Below are positions 27,401 through 38,425 of a stretch of 64,000 nucleotides of DNA, piece after piece (positions within the stretch are counted from its first letter, which is position 1; every line of letters begins with the position of its first letter). Under the pieces are notes generated by a model. The model was not told the origin of the DNA. It did not search any database and worked only from the letters and a program-made list of their open reading frames with translations. Where the stretch lies: the NCBI GenBank assembly GCA_030704615.1, contig CM060731.1, positions 10,292,001 through 10,356,000 of the forward strand. The letters are read 5' to 3'. This DNA comes from Takakia lepidozioides (Eukaryota > Plantae > Bryophyta). A program made the translations under genes and the position numbers.

Positions 27401-28039
27401 GCTCCACCCTGCGCCGATCTGAAGCTTGGGGAAGAGCTGCACACAAAGCCAACCGGGCTTTTCTCCCCTTAGTCCTCAGGTCACATGAAACATAATTCTC
27501 TTGACTTAGATAATATATTCTAAAAGATATCTCATGTCACATATCTATCATGTGGACACCTCTTGATGGAGAAAGCTAGTAAGCAGATTACTCACATGGG
27601 TTTTTTTTGTAGTTAAGAAAAAAACTAATCTTCACTCTCTTCCGACCTTGGACATGCTTTGTGCTCGGCAAGGTTACTTTGAAAGAGGTTATTTTCATTG
27701 TTGGGCAGATGTTTGATTTATGTCATATATATTCTCCAGTTCCGATTTTTTCGAGCTTTAGAAAATTAAGAACCTTCTGTTCCGAATATAACAAGATTTG
27801 TGTCAAGATATATCCTACGATCCCGGACACTAGTAAAAACCTCAAACATTTTATGGATCTCATCAAATTTTTGGCGATTTTTTCACAAATCTTGTCAGGG
27901 ATATTTGATTGGTTATTACTTAATTAAATACCTGTGTGTCCATACTCTTTCAGGAATTTTGAAATTTTGAGAAACGCCAATTAAATGGATATATATCCGG
28001 ATCCATATCTAGTGGATACCAGGTCCCAAATCAAAGATA

Positions 28040-28184
28040 TGTCGTGCGCATACATATCGCTACACAACTACATCGCTGTCCAAAACCACACAACACATGT
28101 GCACACCACACACTAGTATACCACTAGTCTACCACTAGTCCAGCCACTAGTCCAACCACTAGGCTACAACTAGTCAGTCACTAG
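28040..28184. repeat. Repeat Y, outer copy (145 bp; element 3' terminus)
   Basis: Identical by eye to 28512-28656; rich in CCACTAG motifs. Confidence 0.95.
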
Positions 28185-28509
28185 ATAAAGAAGAAGAATA
28201 CAAGCACAAGCTCATGCGAGCTCACAAAGCTGAAGCATAAACTCATGCATATATAACCTCATCACTCAAATACAAGTCAAGCCAAGTGCACCCCACGCCA
28301 TGGGGAATCCACACTACGGCGCCATAGCTAGGCGCGGTGAGGCTCAACTCGAGAAAGATGAGCCTCCCGCGCTTGCCGTGAAGATAACCACTCCAGGGCC
28401 TAAATCTGCCTTGACCCCTGGATTGACACTTGGGCCAATCCCAAATGTCAATATGTAAAAGCTAGCTATTTCCTAGCTAGTTTCACACTAGTGGTAAAAT
28501 AACTTGACA
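28184..28509. repeat. Repeat X, inner copy (326 bp)
   Basis: Matches 39958-40284 except one spot (tgcaccccacg vs tgcccccccacg). Confidence 0.95.
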
Positions 28510-28511
28510 GC

Positions 28512-28656
28512 TGTCGTGCGCATACATATCGCTACACAACTACATCGCTGTCCAAAACCACACAACACATGTGCACACCACACACTAGTATACCACTAGT
28601 CTACCACTAGTCCAGCCACTAGTCCAACCACTAGGCTACAACTAGTCAGTCACTAG
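28512..28656. repeat. Repeat Y, inner copy (145 bp)
   Basis: Identical by eye to 28040-28184; joined to inner X through TTGACA-GC-TGTCG. Confidence 0.95.
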
Positions 28657-28959
28657 GCTGCCACTAGGCTGCCCACTATGGCAGTCACTAGTCCACACAA
28701 TCGCCCCCCTAGCTGGTGCTTAGGTCCCTCTAAGTCCAGGTAGCCACAAGATGTGATAGTGACCATAGCCTCACTAAGTCCTCCACCACTATCCCCACTA
28801 CACTCAAACTCGATAGATCAAGAGGCCGGGTGCAAGAGTTGCCCCATCGTTAGTCGCCGTCTTGCAACCTGTGAACTTGAGCTTGGGATCTCATGTATTG
28901 ACTCCTATGAGCTTGGCCTCCCATGTCTTGTTAGCTGCCTCCAGTCATGTCCACTGCCA

Positions 28960-29105
28960 CTATCCCAAGCAGTGTGAACACAACCAATCTCCGTCAGGAA
29001 CCTTCTCAAGAGGTGGTGTCAAGCATCCCATATGCCAACCCCTTGAGCACCGATCACACACCAGCATGGTGGCTGCCCCTTTGGCAGACCCACAGAGCAT
29101 GCACC
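28960..29105 (-). CDS. PHD finger at the integrase C-terminus
   Basis: CMLC..MLVCDRCSRGWHMGCLTPPLEKVPDGDWLCSHC, a canonical C4HC3 pattern. Confidence 0.93.
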
Positions 29106-29384
29106 TCAAACCTGCAGGTACCACTGCCAAGTTTGGGTCAACTCTGCCATCAACATTGGGAAGGTGACATGGCGCACAATTACGCACATGGTCTTTCCAA
29201 GTCATGCCATCCCGACCCTCTAAGATCAGGACCCCTGAGGGCAACACCTCTCGAACCCTCAGAATAGCACGCCCTGCAGTAACATCCAGAGTCGTAGGAG
29301 CAGTCTGCTGCAAATAAACATAGTCACCAGGGCTAAACCTCCGAACCCCAAGACGATATCCTCCACCACGTATAGTGACATACC

Positions 29385-31926
29385 TCAACGTATCACGGTG
29401 CTGTGCAATGGCAAGGTTCTCAAAAGCCATTGGCATGACTTTCTTGAACAACTCTGCACGCTGATCACATGCACGTACCCATACGTCCGGATCGTCAAGG
29501 TTAAGGACTTGAGCAGTGTCCCTCGAATGGCTGCAGGCAAATCCGGCTCTCGGCCAAAGAGAAGGAAATATGGTGAGAAGGAGGCAAGTGATGCTTGTTT
29601 GCTGAACCTGTAGCCCATGGCTAACCAAGGAACCTGAAGATCCCAATCTCCTAGGTGTCCCTTCTGCAAGCCATACTTGCGCAAACCCCTCTTCACCGTC
29701 TGAACAACTCTCTCTGCTAAGCCATCGGCCTCAGGATGATCCCGAGAAGTGGTGCGGTGGTCTATCAAGGCTTTATCACACAAAGCCTGAAACTCCCCCA
29801 AGAACTCTCTCCCTTGGTCCGTGAGTACCTCAGCTGGAGCACCAAATCGGCTAAGTACACGATCCAAGAATGCATACGCAGCCCCCTCACTAGCCTTGTC
29901 AGGCAATGGAACCAACTCAATCCACTTGGAGAAGTGCTCCACCATCACCAACACATATCTGTGGTGGCGCATAGTCAGTGGCAACGGTCCTGCGAAGTCA
30001 AGACTCCACCTGTAGCCCAATCCCATGATAGGTAAAGGATGCAACTGTGGTGTAGGGGCGTTGAATAAAGCACGCACCCTGTCACACACCATGCACATAG
30101 CCACAAACTGTTGCACCTCTGTATGCATACCACGCCACCAATACTGCCCCTGCAGTAAACTGTGAGTGCGTCGCACTCCAAAATGCCCCAACTCCTCATG
30201 GGCATGCCGCACTAACCGTGCACGCTGTGTGGGGTGAGGCACAATCCTCACCCGACCATCCTCCCACACTCGAAGTATGTGTATCCCCTCCCACTTGAAC
30301 CTCTTGGCTCGTTGCAGGATCCGATCCCTCTCCCTGGCAGTCACAATGGCTGTCGTGTCTCCCGTGCGGAGGTAGTCCAACACAGCCGAATCCTCATGTA
30401 TATCTCTGGCACCACCTAGCTCATCACTAGCCTCAGGGTCCTCAGACACTCCGTCTACAGTCATCCATGTTGTAGGTCCAATCTGACCTCCCGATGCCAA
30501 GATACACAAAAATGCAGATGCGTGCCATCCCGGCACCATCTCCTCGTCCGTCTCACCATGCCACCGAGCTCCAGTGTCATCCTGCTGGCTCATGCATGGA
30601 TTGCGACTCAATCCATCCGCATCCCGATTGACCAAACCCGGTCGATGCACAACCTGAAAGTCATACTCCTGGAGTATAAGTGCCCACCGTGCAAGCTTCC
30701 CCGTAAGCTTGTCTGACTCCATCAACCACTTGAGTGGCTGGTGATCCGTGACAAGGGTGAAAAGATTGCCGTATAGATAGCACCTGAAGTGTGCCACGGC
30801 CCACACTGCAGCTAAGCACTCTCCCTCATATGAGCTGTACTTAGCCTCTGCAGCGTTGTTCGAGCGGCTAGCGTAAGCCACTACGAACTCTCTTCCCTCA
30901 TCATCCACCTGTGTGAGCACCGCTCCAAGCCCCAGCATGCTCCAATCCGTATGCAGCTGAAAGGGACGCCCCCTGATAGGTCGTCTCAAGATAGGCGCCG
31001 AGGTCAACCTCGCCTTGAGCTCTTGAAAAGCTCGTTCCTGCTCATCTTCCCACTGCCACTCCTGGTCGACCTTGGTCAGCTTGGTTAGAGCCTTTGCAAT
31101 GGTACTAAATCCCTTGACAAACCGTCTATAATAGTTTGTCAACCCCATGAAAGCTCGAACTCGGCTCACATCCGTGGGGCGTGGAATTTGTGCAATGGCC
31201 TCTACCTTAGTCTGCTGTACCCCCAATCCTCCAGGATATATCATGTACTCAATCTGGTTGTGGAAAAACTTGCACTTCCCCGGATGCAACTTCAATCCGT
31301 GCGCTCTCAAGCGCTCCAATACCACCTGAAGGTGTCTCTCATGCTCCTCCATCGTAACACTAAAGATGATGATGTCATCTATGTAGCACCGAGCAAAGTC
31401 CACCCCTGCTAGAATCCTATCCATGACTCTCTGAAACTCTGCAGGAGCATTCTTAAGCCCAAATGGTAAGAACCGCCACTGATATAGGCAATCCTTGCCG
31501 TGCTCATTGATCCCCCAGAATGCCGTCTTCTGCTTGTCCGCCTCCTTGATTGGCAACTGGTGATATCCGGATCGTAAATCCAAAGTGCTAAAGGCCTTAG
31601 CATGCCCGATGGCATCAAAGATCTCCTCTGGTGTTGGCATGGCATACTTATCGGACTTGGTCTGACGATTTACAGGCCGATAATCACCGCACATACGTCT
31701 CTCCGTCCAATTGCCATAGACATCCTTCTTGGCTGGCATCACTGTGGCTGAAGCATACTCTCCACCAGAGAGCTCCACCAAACCTGCCTCCCAGAGATCT
31801 CTGAGTCCTCATCTGAATCAAAGACCTCTCCATGTCACTGTATCTATAGGGTCTCCGAAAGATTGGCGTGTCAGTGGCCAACTCAATACGGATCTCTTGA
31901 CCCTTCAGTGCTCCCAAGTCCTTCAA
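29385..31926 (-). CDS. pol: reverse transcriptase, RNase H, H2C2 + DDE integrase (lesioned)
   Basis: RMCGDYRPVN, LDLRSGYHQ, PFGLKNAP, YIDD; HTDWS..YASR..EGECLA..TDHQPL; HEELGH..CMVC, WSLDFAGP, TDQGREF, DGLAERVV. Confidence 0.95.
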
Positions 31927-32384
31927 ACTGAAGGCAAAGCAATTCCTGTAAGCCCTCAGGAACCGCCGTATACGTCGTCTCTCTCCTCCGGTGACAATGG
32001 GTCCAATGTCAGGCTCCCAATTGTCCTCCGTAACTACAACCTTAAGTCCAGTGGGCTTAGAGGTAGAGGACGCGTCCCGTGGTTGCTATGCTGCAACCTC
32101 TTGAGCAGTACTCCCTGCCTGCTCAGTCAATGACAAGACCTCATCCTGCCCCATCATCTTATCATTGAGGACCTCCTCAACCCGAGAAGAATCCCCAACC
32201 TCATCTATCACAGCCGCCTTGGCTGCCAACTCCCTCTGAACCTCGAGCACCTCCCACGTGTGCCATGGATGCATGCACCCCGTGGTCCTCACATGCTCGC
32301 CCCCACTCACTGCCTGTACCGTCTCGGTAGGCAGAGAGACCATTGAGGGAAGTGTATTCCGCACTCTGCGTTGCTCAGCCAGAG

Positions 32385-33335
32385 CCAAGCTGATAATCCA
32401 GGTCAAGCAATTGAGATCCATTGCTTGCCCCAACACTTGACGACGTGATGCCTCAGAAAGAGACGACACCGCCATGGTACCAGTGGTAAAACCCATTGCC
32501 CGCTCACGCTCGTCAGCATTAGGCTCCACTAACTGCTGCAACTGAGCATCCCACAGGAGGCCAGGTCCACTATCCCGGAAAGCATGCGATCCTGGGAAGC
32601 TGAGCAGTGTAGGTAATGCTGCCCGTGGTTGACCCACCTTATTGACCACTGCCAAAGGCGAACGGTCATCGTGTCTCACACGCTGAGACTGACTCCCTGT
32701 GTCCAGAATGTTATCCACTGTGAGATGTGCTGGCCGCTGCACCCCATCAAATGCACGCTTGAGCAGTGCGGGTGGCATCAAGTTAGTCCACCATAGCCGT
32801 GGACGATGAGCCCGTGACCCCACTGTAGCTGCATCTAGCAACACTGCTGACCCAAGCCACGACCGGACTTGATGCACACTGGCCATCACCCTGGCCCGAG
32901 AATCGCCCATCAGTGGCACATTCTCCAAGATGTATACTGGAGATACAGCTTGATGAAGCTGCAAGTGGCGCAAAATCCGCACCATCTCCCGAAACAGACC
33001 CGACCTCGAGTCTCGCAATCCATTGCCATGCCCGGCTAATGAATGCCCTTGGCAGGGCCAACTTGCCACTACCAATCAATGGAGCCAACCCGCTCCAAAT
33101 CCTGCGCCCCCAGCAACAAAATGTCTGCTGGCAAGGCCTGTTGATATCCACGAATTGCAGACACCGACAACAACTCAGGGTACCGCTGCACCAACTGAGT
33201 AACATGGCGAAGTGAAACGCGTCGTGCAGTCTCATCCCTCTCCACATACAGGTAACGCCGAACTCGTACACCTGCCTGTAACACAGCAGCCAATCCGGTG
33301 CTGATCCCGCCAAACAAGTCCAGAAGATAAATGCC
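32385..33335 (-). CDS. DNMT3/DRM-like C5 cytosine DNA methyltransferase domain inside pol (1-bp frameshift at about 33075)
   Basis: Motif I DLFGGISTG, II VERD, III ADI, IV WPCQG, SRSGLF, VI ILENV, VIII AHRPRLWWTN, IX ERERAMGF, X RRQVLGQAM, in unpermuted order. Confidence 0.93.
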
Positions 33336-33739
33336 TTCATCCGGATACTGCCACACAATAGGTGTGATGTCCAATGGAGACAACTGAGGTGGTCCTGGTG
33401 CAATCCCCGCACTCTCCTCCTCTCTTGACGGTACAAAAGCCTCCACCCAGGCTTGTTGCACCCGTCGATCAGCATCCCGCTGCAAATCCTTGCTCGTGCC
33501 CCACAATGGAGTCTGAGCAACCATGGTAGGCAACTCCGCCATACCATACATGTTATCCTGCTCTCCCGGAGGTGGTACATCCTCTGAATGAGCATTGCCC
33601 TCAAGCAACTCTCTAGGCCAACTCACTGCCGCTGTGAATGCTGCTAGTGTCGGCATCTTGCCTCGCTGGGCAACCGCAACTCCTCCTATGAACGTCACAG
33701 GGAGCTGCACACGCCGGCCCTCCCCTGACTGCCATGCAG

Positions 33740-34110
33740 GCCTATAGGAAGCTGACTCCTCCCAAAAATCCAGGGTGAAGCCCATGGGGTACAATACTGC
33801 CCCACCAACCAGGACATCGTATGAGACTGCGTCTGTCACAATGGCCTTGGCTCGCATCACTGAGCCATCTGTAGGGTGATCCGGCCGTAGTCTGATAGCC
33901 AACTCACGCCGTGTCATGCCCCGAGTCTGCTCCGATCCTCCCAGAGACGTCTGTATCTGGAAAGGACAAGGCTCCATATCCGCCTCCGTGAGGCCCAAGC
34001 CTGCAATAGCAGCTCTGCCCAGCATCAATGGCTGAGCTCCCGAGTCCAACAAGACCCGCAGTGGCCGGTACCTCTTGCCTGCCGGTCCACTCAAACAGAA
34101 AATGCCATCC
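33740..34110 (-). CDS. Retroviral-type aspartic protease
   Basis: VLLDSGA...YDVLVGG in ORF 33069-34205, in frame with DNMT motifs I-III. Confidence 0.88.
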
Positions 34111-34815
34111 TGGTTGTCTAACATGACAACTCCAGGTGTCACCATGGCGCGCTCAATGGCTGGCCTAGCTGGCAGCTCCATCAACTGGTAGCTGCAGCTT
34201 GCCATGGCGCCGCCGTGGCAGTCTTGACCCTCAAATCCGAGGATCCCTCCGGCACTACACCTCCTACTATCTCCGCAGAAGATGAAGTAACCTCCCCACT
34301 CTCACAGAGTGTAGCTGCCAGCCTGAACACCTCAGCTGGTCTTACCCCCGGCGTCGCAATCATGGTAGCCGAGAACAATGGAGCCTGGCACACAGATGTG
34401 GCCGCTCCTAGCAGCACACTAGCTGCCGTAGCCTTGGCAACACTAGGTAGTGGTGCTACCCGTGTAGCTCTTCCCAATGGCATAGTAACCTCCGCCTCGG
34501 TAACAGTCGGGCGAGAACTAGGTGCCATGGATGGCGTCGACACTGTCTCCGCCAATGTGAATGACTGAGGAAGCCTAGCCTGACGGCTTGCCTCCCCACG
34601 CTGTGGATCCAACTCCACCTCTGCACCTCGTGGCTCAGGAACTCGTGATGCTCCTCGAGTCACGGCTGCAGCAGACTCCACCTGCACTAGTGGTAGTGCT
34701 GCTCCACACATGAATCCCATGCCTCCCATATCTCCTCCCTCAGGAGCAGGAGGTGGACCATCCGGCCTTAGAGCCGGTACCACCTGAGCTGTAGCCATGG
34801 CAGCGAGCCTCTGCT

Positions 34816-36235
34816 CTAGCTGCTGAAGCCGGTTGGCCATGCCTTGGTCAACACCCTGACCTCCGCGTCCTTGGCCACGTTGAGCTTGCCCTTGGCCTGC
34901 ACCTTGTGGCTGGCCACCTCGTCCTCTCTGGGCTGCTCCCCTCGCCCCCGGCCACCATTGTTCCCTTGGAACTGGCCTGGGCGCAACTCAGGATGCAAAC
35001 TATAACACTGGGCCTCTCCATGCCCGTGCTTGCCACAATGCCCACACTGTAACTGTGCAGGCTGTGCATGTGCCGGCCCTTGCCTCCCTTGGACAATCCT
35101 TCTTGACATGGGGTCCTCCACATGTCCAGCACACCACATCCGCCCGTTGTTGGCCAGCAAATGAAGGGAGAGACCCCTGCATCTGAGGTCCTCTCTGCCC
35201 TTCCCTGAGCTTCACCTGAGCCCCCTTGTTGCCTTGAGCACGTTGAGGTAGTGGTTGGCTAGGAGCACCACTACCCCGTGGTGTCTCCTTAGCAAATCCC
35301 ACCATGACCACTCGTTCCTCCACCATGTTGAGCTCTATCCGCTCTGCCAGCAAAAACACATTTGCTAAGGTGGGTTGGGCCGCTTGTAGGAGAGTTGCAT
35401 CCCACACCCTTCTCCTCAGCTCCTTGTCCAATATCCCATACCAGAATTGGACTGCCTGAGCTTCCGTAACCCCTTGGGTTACATTTATCAAGCGCCTCAT
35501 GCGAGTGAAAGCCTCCCTCAAGCTCTCGGTCGGCTTCCGTTGGAACTCTTGCAAGCTCCGCAACTTCTCTGTCCTCACCCCTTGGTAGTTCCCTCTCAAC
35601 TCTTCAAAGAACTCCACAACAGGGTTGAAGGCAGGCACGGGTGCTAGTGCTGGTGCGGTGGTGGCTTGGGTGGACGTCGTAGCTACTGTACCACCAGTCC
35701 CACTGCTGCTTGCTGAAGCTGCCGGTGCAGCCCTCGTAGCTCTAGTGCCCCTAGTGATGGAGACATAGTCGGGTGACCAGTACATCCTCCACTCCTCGAT
35801 CTCAACCTCATGCCCCCGCCTGAACTCATGGTAATCATCCATAGGCGGCCCCTCAAGGTGCTGAAACAGCCCTTTCCATGCCATGAAAGGCGTAAATAGT
35901 TGTGGATTGCGCATTTGCTGCAAATCACACCAACTATCAAACTCTTGGATAAAATCATCCAACTCGATGGTGCCCACCGCCCCAGAGTACCTTCGTGGCC
36001 CCTTGGTAGCTCCATACATCTCCTCCATTGTGTCCCACAACAATGGCAAAGAAGCGACTTGCACCGCCGGTATGAGCCCTCCTGATTCACAATCCGAATC
36101 AGAACCTTCCGTGGAAGACACAGGAGGTGAAGGTGGCCTAAACCGCACACCTCGTCTCGTGTACCCACTAGTATCGCTAGTGCTCGAACCGGCACTGTCC
36201 CCAGCAACTAGTGGCACCTCCGTGTTGACACTCAA
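34816..36235 (-). CDS. gag with two zinc knuckles (frameshifted)
   Basis: RYSG..LDDFIQEFD, QRKPTESLREAFTRM, CWTCGGPHVKKDC and CGHCGKHGHGEAQC. Confidence 0.85.
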
Positions 36236-36499
36236 CCGGTCATGAACATGTCCCTAACCCCCTCTCCACAAGGTAACCGGGTAGAGAACCTGTTGCGGCT
36301 TATGGTTTGGAATACTAAGTTCCTAACATAGCCTACACCTGAACTTGCATGACCATGGGAATATCATGAAGATACTCCTCAAACCGCCCTCCACGAGCTT
36401 CAAAATTCGGCCTTCCAGACCACATGCCAGTCCTTAGTCCACCAGTGCCTCCACGAGTCAGCACAGGCCGTCCACAGGTCAACACGGGCCACCACAGAC

Positions 36500-38425
36500 C
36501 AGCACAGGCCCACACAGCTCACTGGTCACAGCCGTCACAGTCCCACAGGCCACTGGGCACAGCCTGTCGCAGCCCCTCACAACCTGTCACAGCCTCAAAG
36601 GCCTCAGGCACGGCCTGTCACAGCCCCTCACAGCCCCTCACAGCCCGTCACAGCCCCAAAGGCTATGGGCACGGCCTGTCACAGCCCCTCACAGCCCGTC
36701 ACAGCCCCAAAGGCCTCAGGCACGGCCTGTCACAGCCCCTCACAGCCCGTCACAGCCCCAAAGGCCATGGGCACGGCCTGTCACAGCCCCTCACAGCCCG
36801 TCACAGCCTCACAGGGCACAGGGCACAGCCTCTCACAGCCCATCACAGCCCATCACAGCCCGTCACAGCCTCAAAGGCCTCAGGCACGGCCTGTCACAGC
36901 CCCTCACAGCCCCTCACAGCCTCAAAGGCCTCAGGCACGGCCTGTCACAGCCCCTCACAGCCCGTCACAGCCCCAAAGGCCATGGGCACGGCCTGTCACA
37001 GCCCCTCACAGCCCGTCACAACCCCAAAGGCCATGGGCACGGCCTGTCACAACCCCTCACAGCCCGTCACAGCCCCAAAGGCCTCAGGCACGGCCTGTCA
37101 CAGCCCCTCACAGCTCGTCACAGCCTCAAAGGCCTCAGGCACGGCCTGTCACAGCCCCGCACAGCCCGTCACAGCCCCAAAGGCCACTGGGCACAGCCTG
37201 TCACAGCCTGACACAGCCCGTCACAGCCCCACAGGGCACAGGGCACAGCCTGTCACAGCCCATCACAGCCTCAAAGGCCTCAGGCACGGCCTGTCACAGC
37301 CCCTCACAGCCCGTCACAGCCCCAAAGGCCATGGGCACGGCCTGTCACAGCCCCTCACAGCCCGTCACAGCCCCAAAGGCCATGGGCACGGCCTATCACA
37401 GCCCCTCACAGCCCGTCACAGCCTCAAAGGCCTCAGGCACGGCCTGTCACAGCCCCTCACAGCCCGTCACAGCCCCAAAGGCCTCAGGCACGGCCTGTCA
37501 CAGCCCCTCACAGCCCCAAAGGCCATGTGCACGGCCTGTCACAGCCCCTCACAGCCCGTCACAGCCCCAAAGGCCTCAGGCACGGCCTGTCACAGCCCCT
37601 CACAGCCCCAAAGGCCATGTGCACGGCCTGTCACAGCCCCTCACAGCCCGTCACAGCCCCAAAGGCCTCAGGCACGGCCTGTCACAGCCCCTCACAGTCC
37701 GTCACAGCCCCAAAGGCCTCAGGCACGGCCTGTCACAGCCCCTCACAGCCCGTCACAGCCTCAAAGGCCTCAGGCACGGCCTGTCACAGCCCCTCACAGC
37801 CCGTCACAGCCTCAAAGGCCTCAGGCACGGCCTGTCACAGCCCCTCACAGCCCATCACAGCCCCAAAGGCCATGGGCACAGCCTGTCACAGCCCGTCACA
37901 GCCCCGAAGGCCATGGGCACAGCCTGTCACAGCCCGTCACAGCCCCACAGGCCTCAGGGCACAGCCTGTCACAGCCCCGCACAGCCCGTCACAGCCCTAA
38001 AGGCCACTGGGCACAGCCTGTCACAGCCTGACACAGCCCGTCACAGCCCCACAGGGCACAGGGCACAGCCTGTCACAGCCCATCACAGCCTCAAAGGCCT
38101 CAGGCACGGCCTGTCACAGCCTGTCACAGCCCATCACAGCCCCAAAGGCCATGGGCACAGCCTGTCACAGCCCGTCACAGCCCCACAGGCCTCAGGCACG
38201 GCCTGTCACAGCCCATCACAGCCCCAAAGGCCATGGGCACAGCCCGTCACAGCCCCACAGGCCTCAGGGCACAGCCTGTCACAGCCCCGCACAGCCCGTC
38301 ACAGCCCCAAAGGCCACTGGGCACAGCCTGTCACAGCCTGACACAGCCCGTCACAGCCCCACAGGGCACAGGGCACAGCCTGTCACAGCCCATCACAGCT
38401 TGCCATAGCCTGTCACAGCCCCTCA
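36500..38425. repeat. About 1.9-kb tandem array in the retroelement leader; about 51-bp unit built from 10-bp TCACAGCC(C) subunits
   Basis: Consensus ggcacggcctgtcacagcccctcacagcccgtcacagccccaaaggcc(tca/atg) with higher-order blocks. Confidence 0.95.

Larger units (their letters stand above)
22950..27570. repeat. Patchwork of locally duplicated dispersed-repeat fragments
   Basis: Approximate matches: 22950-23160 with 26050-26255; 23220-23350 with 27090-27220; 24530-24590 with 27500-27570; 25310-25870 with 40820-41060 plus 42570-42905; 26540-26620 inverted with 41285-41362. Confidence 0.75.

Noticed and set aside
28040-28509. Conventional 470-bp LTR (Y+X) paired with a 5' LTR
   Set aside because: The other end has only X, and an extra Y plus GC sits where the PPT should be.
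36500-38425. CRISPR-like array
   Set aside because: No unique spacers, no cas genes, eukaryotic context.
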